DNA from: Eledone cirrhosa | Taxonomy: Eukaryota | Reading direction: 5' to 3' | NCBI GenBank assembly: GCA_964016885.1 | Contig: OZ024740.1 | Span: 436,790,001-436,854,000, forward strand | Length of the DNA stretch: 64,000 nt | Shown: one piece after another, positions 1 through 13,749 of the stretch | How positions within the stretch are numbered: the stretch's first letter is position 1 | Layout: each line of letters begins with the position of its first letter | Translations under genes and position numbers: made by a program | The notes under the pieces: generated by a model | What the model saw: only the letters and a program-made list of their open reading frames with translations | What the model was told of the DNA's origin: nothing | Database searches by the model: none

Positions 1-849
1 TCACTAATTGTAAAGCTATTTCTGTGATAACCTCTCTCTGTTCACTACATGTCAAGCTATTTCTGTGATAACCTCTCACTGTTCACTATATGTCTAGCTA
101 TTTCTGTGATAACCCCTCACTGTTCACTACATGTCAAACTATTTCTGTGATAACCCATCACTGTTCACTACATGTCAAGCTATTTCCGGTGATTACCCCT
201 CACTGTTCACTATATGTCAAGCTATTTCTGTGATTACCCCTCACTGTTCACTACATGTCAAGCTATTTCTGTGATAACCTCTCACTGTTCACTACATGTC
301 AAGCTATTTGTGTGATAACCTCTCACTGTTCACTACATGTCAAGCTATTTCTGTGATAACCCCTGACTGTTCACTACATGTCAAGCTATTTATGTGATAA
401 TCCCTCACTGTTCATTACATATCAAACTATTTCTGTGATAACCCCTCACTGTTCACTACATGTCAAGCTATTTCTGTGATAACGCCTCACTGTTCACTAC
501 ATGTCAAGCTATTTCTGTGATAACCCCTCATTGTTCACTACATGTCAAGCTATTTCTGTGATAACCTTTCACTGTTCTCTACATGTCAAGCTATTTCTGT
601 AATAACCACTCACTGTTCACTATATGTCAAGCTATTTATGTGATAACCCCTCACTGTTCACTACATGTCAAGCTATTTCTGTGATTACGCCTCACTGTTC
701 ACTACATGTCAAGCTATTTCTGTGATAACCTTTCACTGTTCTCTACATGTCAAGTTATTTGTGTGATGACCTCTCACTGTTCACTACATTTCAAGCTATT
801 TCTGTGATAACCCCTCACTGTTCACTACATGTCAAGCTATTTCTGTGAT

Positions 850-3800
850 AACCACTCACTGTTCACTACATGTCAACTATTTCTGTGATAATCCCTCACT
901 GTTCACTACATGTCAAGCTATTTCCGGTGATTGCCCCTCACTGTTCACTATATGTCAAGCTATTTCTGTGATAACCCCTCACTGTTCACTACATGTCAAG
1001 CTATTTCTGTGATAACCCCTCACTGTTCAGTACATATCAAGCTATTTCTGTTATAACCCCTCACTGTTCACTACATGTCAAGCTATTTCTGTGATAACGC
1101 CTCACTTTTCATTACATGTCAAGCTATTTTTGTGATAAGCCCTCACTGTTCACTACATGTCAAGCTATTTCTATGATAACCCCTCACAGTTCACTACATG
1201 TCAAGCTATTTCTGTGATAACCTCTCACTGTTCACTACATGTCAAGCTATTTCTGTGATAACCCCTCACTGTTCACTATATGTCAAGCTATTTCTGTGAT
1301 AACCCCTCACTGTTCACTACATTTCAAACTATTTCTGTGATAACCCCTCACTGTTCACTACATGTCAAGCTATTTCCGGTGATTACCCCTCACTGTTCAC
1401 TATATGTCAAGCTATTTCTGTGATTACCCCTCACTGTTCACTACATGTCAAGCTATTGCTGTGATAACCTCTCACTGTTCACTACATGTCAAGCTATTTC
1501 TGTGATAATCCCTCACTGTTCACTACATGTCAAGTTATTTCTGTGATAACCCCTCACTGTTCACTACATGTCAAGGTATTTCTGTGATAACCTCTCACTG
1601 TTCACTACATGTCAAGCTATTTGTGTGATAACCTCTCACTGTTCACTACATGTCAAGCTATTTCTGTGATAACCCCTGACTGTTCACTACATGTCAAGCT
1701 ATTTCTGTGATAATCCCTCACTGTTCACTACATGTCAAGCTATTTCTGTGATAACCCCTCACTGTTCTCTACATGTCAAGCTATTTCTGTAATAACCCCT
1801 CACTGTTCACTACATGTCAAGCTATTTCTGTAATAACCACTCACTGTTCACTATACGTCAAGCTATTTATGTGATTACCCCTCACTGTTCTCTACATGTC
1901 AAGCTATTTCTGTAATAACCCCTCACTGTTCAATACAGGTCAAGCTATTTCTGTGATAAACCCTCACTGTTCACTACATGCCAAGCTATTTGTGTGATTA
2001 CCTCTCAATTTTAATTACATGTCACGCTATTTCTGTGATAACCCCTCACTGTTCACTACATGTCAAGATATTTCTGTGATGACCTTTCACTGTTCACTAC
2101 ATGTCAAGCTATTTCTGTGATAACCTCTCACTGTTCACTACATGTCAAGCTATTTCTGTGATAAGCCCTCACTGTTCACTACATGTCAAGCTATTTCTGT
2201 GATTACCCCTCACTGTTCACTACATGTCAAGCTATTTCCGGTGATTACCCCTCACTGTTCACTATATGTCAAGCTATTTCTGTGATTACCCCTCACTGTT
2301 CACTACATGTCAAGCTATTTCTGTGATAACCTCTCACTGGTCACTACATGTAAAGCTATTTCTGTGATAACCTCTCACTGTTCACTACATGACAAGCTAT
2401 TCCGGTGATTACCCCTCACTGTTCACTACATATCAAGCTATTTCTGTGATAATCCCTCACTGTTCACTACATGTCAAACAATTTCCGGTGATTTCCCCTC
2501 ACTGTTCACTACATGTCAACATATTTCTGTAATTACCCCTCACTGTTCACTACATGTCAAGCTATTTCTGTGATAACCCCTCACTGTTCACTACATGTCA
2601 AGCTATTTCTGTGATAACCCCTCACTGTTCACTACATGTCAAGCTATTTCTGTGATAACCCCTCACTGTTCACTACATGTCAAGCTATTTCTGTGATAAC
2701 CTTTCACTGTTCACTACATGTCAAGCTATTTCTATGATAACCTCTCACTGTTCACTACATGTCAAGCTATTTCTGTGATAAGCCCTCACTCTTCTCTACA
2801 TGTCAAGCTATTTCTGTAATAACCCCTCACTGTTCACTACATGTCAAGCTATTTCTGTAATAACCACTCACTGTTCACTATATGTCAAGCTATTTATGTG
2901 ATAACCCCTCACTGTTCACTACATGTCAAGCTATTTCTGTGATTACGCCTCACTGTTCACTACATGTCAAGCTATTTCTGTGATAACCCCTCATTGTTCA
3001 CTACATGTCAAGCTATTTCTGTGATAACCTTTCACTGTTCTCTACATGTCAAGCTATTTGTGTGATAACTTCTCACTGTTCACTACATTTCAAGCTATTT
3101 ATGTGATAACCTCTCACTGTTCACTACAGGTCAAGCTATTTCTGTGATAATCCCTCACTGTTCACTACATGTCAAGCTATTTCTGTGATAATCCCTCACT
3201 GTTCACTACATGTCAAGCTATTTCTGTGATAACCCCTCACTGTTCACTACATGTCAACTATTTCTGTGATAATCCCTCACTGTTCACTACATGTCAAGCT
3301 ATTTCCGGTGATTGCCCCTCACTGTTCACTATATGTCAAGCTATTTCTGTGATAACCCCTCACTGTTCACTACATGTCAAGCTATTTCTGTGATAACCCC
3401 TCACTGTTCAGTACATATCAAGCTATTTCTGTGATAACCCCTCACTGTTCACTACTTGTCAAGCTATTTCTGTGATAACGCCTCACTTTTCATTACATCT
3501 CAAGCTATTTCTGTGATAAGCCCTCATTGTTCACTACATGTCAAGCTATTTCTATGATAACCCCTCACAGTTCATTACATGTCAAGCTATTTCTGTGATA
3601 ACCTCTCACTGTTCACTACATGTCAAGCTATTTCTGTGATAACCCCTCACTGTTCACTATATGTCAAGCTATTTCTGTGATAACCCCTCACTGTTCACTA
3701 CATTTAAAACTATTTCTGTGATAACCCCTCACTGTTCACTACATGTCAAGCTATTTCCGGTGATTACCCCTCACTGTTCACTATATGTCAAGCTATTTCT

Positions 3801-4356
3801 GTGATTACCCCTCACTGTTCACTACATGTCAAGCTATTGCTGTGATAACCTCTCACTGTTCACTACATGTCAAGCTATTTCTGTGATAATCCCTCACTGT
3901 TCACTACATGTCAAGTTATTTCTGTGATAACCCCTCACTGTTCACTACATGTCAAGGTATTTCTGTGATAACCTCTCACTGTTCACTACATGTCAAGCTA
4001 TTTGTGTGATAACCTCTCACTGTTCACTACATGTCAAGCTATTTCTGTGATAACCCCTGACTGTTCACTACATGTCAAGGTATTTCTGTGATAATCCCTC
4101 ACTGTTCACTACATGCGAAGCTATTTCTGTGATAACCCCTCACTGTTCTCTACATGTAAAGCTATTTCTGTAATAACCCCTCACTGTTCACTACATGTCA
4201 AGCTATTTCTGTAATAACCACTCACTGTTCACTATATTTCAAGCTATTTATGTGATTACCCCTCACTGTTCTCTACATGTCAAGCTATTTCTGTAATAAC
4301 CCCTCACTGTTCAATACAGGTCAAGCTATTTCTGTGATAAACCCTCACTGTTCACT
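850..4356. repeat. Older internal duplication at 2,381-bp (58-monomer) spacing: ~850-1975 vs ~3231-4356
   Basis: TGTCAACTAT at 871/3252, TATTGCTG at ~1454/3835, CAATACAGGT at 1931/4312. Several mismatches separate the copies. Confidence 0.85.
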
Positions 4357-7300
4357 ACATGTCAAGCTATTTCTGTGATAATCCCTCACTGTTCACTACA
4401 TATCAAGCTATTTCTGTGATAACCTCTCACTTGTCACTACATGTAAAGCTATTTCTGTCATAACCTCTCACTGTTCACTACATATCAAGCTATTTCTGTG
4501 ATAATCCCTCACTGTTCACTACATGTCAAACTATTTCCGGTGATTGCCCCTCACTGTTCACTACATGTCAACCTATTTCGGTAATTACCCCTCACTGTTC
4601 ACTACATGTCAAGCTATTTCTGTGATAACCCCTCACTGTTCTCTACATGTCAAGCTATTTCTGTAATAACCCCTCACTGTTCACTACATGTCAAGCTATT
4701 TCTGTAATAACCACTCACTGTTCACTACATGTCAAGCTATTTCTGTGATAACGCCTCACTGTTCACTACATGTCAAGCTATTTCTGTGATAACCCCTCAC
4801 TGTTCACTACATGTCAAGCTATTTCTGTGATAACCCCTCACTGTTCACTACATGTCAAGCTATTTCTGTGATAACCTTTCACTGTTCACTACATGTCAAG
4901 CTATTTCTATGATAACCTCTCACTGTTCACTACATGTCAAGCTATTTCTGTGATAAGCCCTCACTGTTCACTACATGTCTAGCTATTTCTGTGATAACCC
5001 CTCATTGTTCACTACATGTCAAGCTATTTCTGTGATTACCCCTCACTGTTCACTACATATCAAGCTATTTCCGGTGATTACCCCTCACTGTTCACTACAT
5101 GTCAAGCTCTTTCTGTGATAACCTGTCACTGTTCACTACATGTCAAGCTATTTCTGTGATAACCTCTCACTGTTCACTATATGTCAAGCTATTTCTGTGA
5201 TAATCCCTCACTGTTCACTACATGCCAAGCTATTTCTGTGATTACCCCTCACTTTTAATTACATGTCACGCTATTTCTGTGATAACCCCTCACTGTTCAC
5301 TACATGTCAAGATATTTCTGTGATAACCTTTCACTGTTCACTACATGTCAAGCTATTTCTGTGATAACCTCTCACTGTTCACTACATGTCAAGCTATTTC
5401 TGTGATAAACCCTCACTGTTCACTTAATGTCAAGCTATTTCTGTGATAACCCCTGATTGTTCACTACATGTCAAGCTATTTCTGTGATTACCCCTCACTG
5501 TTCACTACATGTCAAGCTATTTCTGTGATAATCCCACACTGTTCACTACATGTCAAGCTATTTCTGTGAAAACCCCTCACTGTTCACTACATGTCAAGCT
5601 ATTTCTGTGATAACCCCTCACTGTTCACTACATGTCAAGCTATTTCTGTGATAACCCCTAACTGTTCACTACATGTCAAGCTATTTCTGTGATAATCCCT
5701 CACTGTTCACTACATATCAAGCTATTTCCGGTGATTACCCCTCACTGTTCACTATATGTCAAGCTATTTCTGTGATAACCCCTCACTGTTCTCTACATGT
5801 CAAGATATTTATGTGATAAGCCCTCACTGTTCACTACATGTCAAGTTATTTCTGTGATAACCCCTCACTCTTCACTACATGTCAAGCTATTTCTGTGATA
5901 ACCCCTCACTGTTCATTACATGTAAAGCTATTTCTGTGATAACTTCTCACTGTTCACTACATGTCAAGCTATTTCTGTGATAACCTCTCACTGTTCACTA
6001 CATGTCAAGCTATTTCAGTGATAACCCCTCACTGTTCACTACATTTCAAGCTATTTCTGTGATAAGCCCTCACTGTTCACTACATGTCAAGCTATTTCTG
6101 TGATAACCCCTCACTGTTCACTACATGTCAAGCTATTTCCGGTGATTACCCCTCACTGTTCACTATATGTCAAGCTTTTTCTGTGATAACCTCTCACTGT
6201 TAACTACATGTCAAGCTATTTCTGTGATAACCTCTTACTGTTCGCTACATGTCAAGCTTTTTCTGTGATAACCTCTCACTGTTAACTACATGTCAAGCTA
6301 TTTCTGTGATAACCTCTCACTGTTCACTATATGTCAAGCTATATCTGTGATAATCCCTCACTGTTCACTACATGCCAAGCTATTTCTGTGATTACCCCTC
6401 ACTTTTAATTACATGTCACGCTATTTCTGTGATAACCCCTCACTGTTCACTACATGTCAAGATATTTCTGTGATAACCTTTCACTGTTCACTACATGTCA
6501 AGCTATTTCTGTGATAACCTCTCACTGTTCACTACATGTCAAGCTATTTCTGTGATAAGCCCTCACTGTTCACTACATGTCAAGCTATTTCTGTGATTAC
6601 CCCTCACTGTTCACTACATGTCAAGCTATTTCCGGTGATTCCCCCTCACTGTTCACTATATGTCAAGCTATTTCTGTGATTACCCCTCACTGGTCACTAC
6701 ATGTCAAGCTATTTCTGTGATAACCTCTCACTGGTCACTACATGTAAAGATATTTCTGTGATAACCTCTCACTGTTCACTACATGACAAGCTATTCCGGT
6801 GATTACCCCTCACTGTTCACTACATATCAAGCTATTTCTGTGATAATCCCTCACTGTTCACTACATGTCAAACAATTTCCGGTGATTGCCCCTCACTGTT
6901 CACTACATGTCAACATATTTCTGTAATTACCCCTCACTGTTCACTACATGTCAAGCTATTTCTGTGATAACCCCTCACTGTTCTCTACATGTCAAGCTAT
7001 TTCTGTAATAACCCCTCACTGTTCACTACATGTCAAGCTATTTCTGTAATAACCACTCACTGTTCACTACATGTCAAGCTATTTCTGTGATAACCCCTCA
7101 CTGTTCACTACATGTCAAGCTATTTCTGTGATAACCCCTCACTGTTCACTACATGTCAAGCTATTTCTGTGATAACCCCTCACTGTTCACTACATGTCAA
7201 ACTATTTCTGTGATAACCTTTCACTGTTCACTACATGTCAAGCTATTTCTATCATAACCTCTCACTGTTCACTACATGTCAAGCTATTTCTGTGATAATC

Positions 7301-10300
7301 CCTCACTGTTCACTACATGTCAAGTTATTTCTGTGATAACCCCTCACTGTTCACTACATGTCAAGGTATTTCTGTGATAACCTCTCACTGTTCACTACAT
7401 GTCAAGCTATTTGTGTGATAACCTCTCACTGTTCACTACATGTCAAGCTATTTCTGTGATAACCCCTGACTGTTCACTACATGTCAAGCTATTTCTGTGA
7501 TAATCCCTCACTGTTCACTACATGTCAAGCTATTTCTGTGATAACCCCTCACTGTTCTCTACATGTCAAGCTATTTCTGTAATAACCCCTCACTGTTCAC
7601 TACATGTCAAGCTATTTCTGTAATAACCACTCACTGTTCACTATACGTCAAGCTATTTATGTGATTACCCCTCACTGTTCTCTACATGTCAAGCTATTTC
7701 TGTAATAACCCCTCACTGTTCAATACAGGTCAAGCTATTTCTGTGATAAACCCTCACTGTTCACTACATGCCAAGCTATTTGTGTGATTACCTCTCAATT
7801 TTAATTACATGTCACGCTATTTCTGTGATAACCCCTCACTGTTCACTACATGTCAAGATATTTCTGTGATGACCTTTCACTGTTCACTACATGTCAAGCT
7901 ATTTCTGTGATAACCTCTCACTGTTCACTACATGTCAAGCTATTTCTGTGATAAGCCCTCACTGTTCACTACATGTCAAGCTATTTCTGTGATTACCCCT
8001 CACTGTTCACTACATGTCAAGCTATTTCCGGTGATTACCCCTCACTGTTCACTATATGTCAAGCTATTTCTGTGATTACCCCTCACTGTTCACTACATGT
8101 CAAGCTATTTCTGTGATAACCTCTCACTGGTCACTACATGTAAAGCTATTTCTGTGATAACCTCTCACTGTTCACTACATGACAAGCTATTCCGGTGATT
8201 ACCCCTCACTGTTCACTACATATCAAGCTATTTCTGTGATAATCCCTCACTGTTCACTACATGTCAAACAATTTCCGGTGATTTCCCCTCACTGTTCACT
8301 ACATGTCAACATATTTCTGTAATTACCCCTCACTGTTCACTACATGTCAAGCTATTTCTGTGATAACCCCTCACTGTTCACTACATGTCAAGCTATTTCT
8401 GTGATAACCCCTCACTGTTCACTACATGTCAAGCTATTTCTGTGATAACCCCTCACTGTTCACTACATGTCAAGCTATTTCTGTGATAACCTTTCACTGT
8501 TCACTACATGTCAAGCTATTTCTATGATAACCTCTCACTGTTCACTACATGTCAAGCTATTTCTGTGATAAGCCCTCACTCTTCTCTACATGTCAAGCTA
8601 TTTCTGTAATAACCCCTCACTGTTCACTACATGTCAAGCTATTTCTGTAATAACCACTCACTGTTCACTATATGTCAAGCTATTTATGTGATAACCCCTC
8701 ACTGTTCACTACATGTCAAGCTATTTCTGTGATTACGCCTCACTGTTCACTACATGTCAAGCTATTTCTGTGATAACCCCTCATTGTTCACTACATGTCA
8801 AGCTATTTCTGTGATAACCTTTCACTGTTCTCTACATGTCAAGCTATTTGTGTGATAACTTCTCACTGTTCACTACATTTCAAGCTATTTATGTGATAAC
8901 CTCTCACTGTTCACTACAGGTCAAGCTATTTCTGTGATAATCCCTCACTGTTCACTACATGTCAAGCTATTTCTGTGATAATCCCTCACTGTTCACTACA
9001 TGTCAAGCTATTTCTGTGATAACCCCTCACTGTTCACTACATGTCAACTATTTCTGTGATAATCCCTCACTGTTCACTACATGTCAAGCTATTTCCGGTG
9101 ATTGCCCCTCACTGTTCACTATATGTCAAGCTATTTCTGTGATAACCCCTCACTGTTCACTACATGTCAAGCTATTTCTGTGATAACCCCTCACTGTTCA
9201 GTACATATCAAGCTATTTCTGTGATAACCCCTCACTGTTCACTACTTGTCAAGCTATTTCTGTGATAACGCCTCACTTTTCATTACATCTCAAGCTATTT
9301 CTGTGATAAGCCCTCATTGTTCACTACATGTCAAGCTATTTCTATGATAACCCCTCACAGTTCATTACATGTCAAGCTATTTCTGTGATAACCTCTCACT
9401 GTTCACTACATGTCAAGCTATTTCTGTGATAACCCCTCACTGTTCACTATATGTCAAGCTATTTCTGTGATAACCCCTCACTGTTCACTACATTTAAAAC
9501 TATTTCTGTGATAACCCCTCACTGTTCACTACATGTCAAGCTATTTCCGGTGATTACCCCTCACTGTTCACTATATGTCAAGCTATTTCTGTGATTACCC
9601 CTCACTGTTCACTACATGTCAAGCTATTGCTGTGATAACCTCTCACTGTTCACTACATGTCAAGCTATTTCTGTGATAATCCCTCACTGTTCACTACATG
9701 TCAAGTTATTTCTGTGATAACCCCTCACTGTTCACTACATGTCAAGGTATTTCTGTGATAACCTCTCACTGTTCACTACATGTCAAGCTATTTGTGTGAT
9801 AACCTCTCACTGTTCACTACATGTCAAGCTATTTCTGTGATAACCCCTGACTGTTCACTACATGTCAAGGTATTTCTGTGATAATCCCTCACTGTTCACT
9901 ACATGCGAAGCTATTTCTGTGATAACCCCTCACTGTTCTCTACATGTAAAGCTATTTCTGTAATAACCCCTCACTGTTCACTACATGTCAAGCTATTTCT
10001 GTAATAACCACTCACTGTTCACTATATTTCAAGCTATTTATGTGATTACCCCTCACTGTTCTCTACATGTCAAGCTATTTCTGTAATAACCCCTCACTGT
10101 TCAATACAGGTCAAGCTATTTCTGTGATAAACCCTCACTGTTCACTACATGTCAAGCTATTTCTGTGATAATCCCTCACTGTTCACTACATATCAAGCTA
10201 TTTCTGTGATAACCTCTCACTTGTCACTACATGTAAAGCTATTTCTGTCATAACCTCTCACTGTTCACTACATATCAAGCTATTTCTGTGATAATCCCTC

Positions 10301-13087
10301 ACTGTTCACTACATGTCAAACTATTTCCGGTGATTGCCCCTCACTGTTCACTACATGTCAACCTATTTCGGTAATTACCCCTCACTGTTCACTACATGTC
10401 AAGCTATTTCTGTGATAACCCCTCACTGTTCTCTACATGTCAAGCTATTTCTGTAATAACCCCTCACTGTTCACTACATGTCAAGCTATTTCTGTAATAA
10501 CCACTCACTGTTCACTACATGTCAAGCTATTTCTGTGATAACGCCTCACTGTTCACTACATGTCAAGCTATTTCTGTGATAACCCCTCACTGTTCACTAC
10601 ATGTCAAGCTATTTCTGTGATAACCCCTCACTGTTCACTACATGTCAAGCTATTTCTGTGATAACCTTTCACTGTTCACTACATGTCAAGCTATTTCTAT
10701 GATAACCTCTCACTGTTCACTACATGTCAAGCTATTTCTGTGATAAGCCCTCACTGTTCACTACATGTCTAGCTATTTCTGTGATAACCCCTCATTGTTC
10801 ACTACATGTCAAGCTATTTCTGTGATTACCCCTCACTGTTCACTACATATCAAGCTATTTCGGTGATTACCCCTCACTGTTCACTACATGTCAAGCTCTT
10901 TTTGTGATAACCTGTCACTGTTCACTACATGTCAAGCTATTTCTGTGATAACCTCTCACTGTTCACTATATGTCAAGCTATTTCTGTGATAATCCCTCAC
11001 TGTTCACTACATGCCAAGCTATTTCTGTGATTACCCCTCACTTTTAATTACATGTCACGCTATTTCTGTGATAACCCCTCACTGTTCACTACATGTCAAG
11101 ATATTTCTGTGATAACCTTTCACTGTTCACTACATGTCAAGCTATTTCTGTGATAACCTCTCACTGTTCACTACATGTCAAGCTATTTCTGTGATAAACC
11201 CTCACTGTTCACTTAATGTCAAGCTATTTCTGTGATAACCCCTGATTGTTCACTACATGTCAAGCTATTTCTGTGATTACCCCTCACTGTTCACTACATG
11301 TCAAGCTATTTCTGTGATAATCCCACACTGTTCACTACATGTCAAGCTATTTCTGTGAAAACCCCTCACTGTTCACTACATGTCAAGCTATTTCTGTGAT
11401 AACCCCTCACTGTTCACTACATGTCAAGCTATTTCTGTGATAACCCCTAACTGTTCACTACATGTCAAGCTATTTCTGTGATAATCCCTCACTGTTCACT
11501 ACATATCAAGCTATTTCCGGTGATTACCCCTCACTGTTCACTATATGTCAAGCTATTTCTGTGATAACCCCTCACTGTTCTCTACATGTCAAGATATTTA
11601 TGTGATAAGCCCTCACTGTTCACTACATGTCAAGTTATTTCTGTGATAACCCCTCACTCTTCACTACATGTCAAGCTATTTCTGTGATAACCCCTCACTG
11701 TTCATTACATGTAAAGCTATTTCTGTGATAACTTCTCACTGTTCACTACATGTCAAGCTATTTCTGTGATAACCTCTCACTGTTCACTACATGTCAAGCT
11801 ATTTCAGTGATAACCCCTCACTGTTCACTACATTTCAAGCTATTTCTGTGATAAGCCCTCACTGTTCACTACATGTCAAGCTATTTCTGTGATAACCCCT
11901 CACTGTTCACTACATGTCAAGCTATTTCCGGTGATTACCCCTCACTGTTCACTATATGTCAAGCTTTTTCTGTGATAACCTCTCACTGTTAACTACATGT
12001 CAAGCTATTTCTGTGATAACCTCTTACTGTTCGCTACATGTCAAGCTTTTTCTGTGATAACCTCTCACTGTTAACTACATGTCAAGCTATTTCTGTGATA
12101 ACCTCTCACTGTTCACTATATGTCAAGCTATATCTGTGATAATCCCTCACTGTTCACTACATGCCAAGCTATTTCTGTGATTACCCCTCACTTTTAATTA
12201 CATGTCACGCTATTTCTGTGATAACCCCTCACTGTTCACTACATGACAAGATATTTCTGTGATAACCTTTCACTGTTCACTACATGTCAAGCTATTTCTG
12301 TGATAACCTCTCACTGTTCACTACATGTCAAGCTATTTCTGTGATAAGCCCTCACTGTTCACTACATGTCAAGCTATTTCTGTGATTACCCCTCACTGTT
12401 CACTACATGTCAAGCTATTTCCGGTGATTCCCCCTCACTGTTCACTATATGTCAAGCTATTTCTGTGATTACCCCTCACTGGTCACTACATGTCAAGCTA
12501 TTTCTGTGATAACCTCTCACTGGTCACTACATGTAAAGATATTTCTGTGATAACCTCTCACTGTTCACTACATGACAAGCTATTCCGGTGATTACCCCTC
12601 ACTGTTCACTACATATCAAGCTATTTCTGTGATAATCCCTCACTGTTCACTACATGTCAAACAATTTCCGGTGATTGCCCCTCACTGTTCACTACATGTC
12701 AACATATTTCTGTAATTACCCCTCACTGTTCACTACATGTCAAGCTATTTCTGTGATAACCCCTCACTGTTCTCTACATGTCAAGCTATTTCTGTAATAA
12801 CCCCTCACTGTTCACTACATGTCAAGCTATTTCTGTAATAACCACTCACTGTTCACTACATGTCAATCTATTTCTGTGATAACCCCTCACTGTTCACTAC
12901 ATGTCAAGCTATTTCTGTGATAACCCCTCACTGTTCACTACATGTCAAGCTATTTCTGTGATAACCCCTCACTGTTCACTACATGTCAAACTATTTCTGT
13001 GATAACCTTTCACTGTTCACTACATGTCAAGCTATTTCTATCATAACCTCTCACTGTTCACTACATGTCAAGCTATTTCTGTGATAA
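1464..13087. repeat. Higher-order tandem duplication, unit ~5,790 bp (141 monomers), 2 copies (~1464-7253 and ~7254-13043)
   Basis: Private variants recur at +5790: ACATGCGAAG at 4111/9901, identical ORFs at 3169/8959. The offset becomes +5789 after a 1-bp deletion at ~10861 (ATCAT at 7251/13040). 5790 = 141x41+9. Only about four differences were noticed by eye. Confidence 0.95.
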
Positions 13088-13749
13088 GCCCTCACTGTTC
13101 ACTACATGTCTAGCTATTTCTGTGATAACCCCTCATTGTTAACTACATGTCAAGCTATTTGTGTGATTACCCCTCACTGTTCACTACATGTCAAGCTATT
13201 TCCGGTGATTACTTCTCACTGTTCACTATATGTCAAGCTATTTCTGTGATAACCTCTCACTGTTAACTACATGTCAAGCTATTTCTGTGATAACCTCTTA
13301 CTGTTCGCTACATGTCAAGCTATTTCTGTGATAACCCCTCACTATTCACTACATGTCAAGCTAAATATGTGATAACCCCTCACTGTTCACTACATGTCAA
13401 ACTATTTCTGTGATAATCCCTCAATGTTAATTACATGTCAAGCAATTCCTGTGATAACCTCTCACTGTTCACTACATGTCAAGCTCTTTCTGTGATAACC
13501 TCTCACTGTTCACTACATGTCAAGCTATTTCTGTGATAACCTCTCACTGTTCACTATATGTCAAGCTATTTCTGTGATAATCCCTCACTGTTCACTATAT
13601 GACAAGCTATTTCTGTGATTACCCCTCACTTTTAATTACATGTCACGCTATTTCTGTGATAACCCCTCACTGTTCACTACATGTCAAGATATTTCTGTGA
13701 TAACCTTTCACTGTTCACTACTTGTCAAGCTATTTCTGTGATAACCTCT

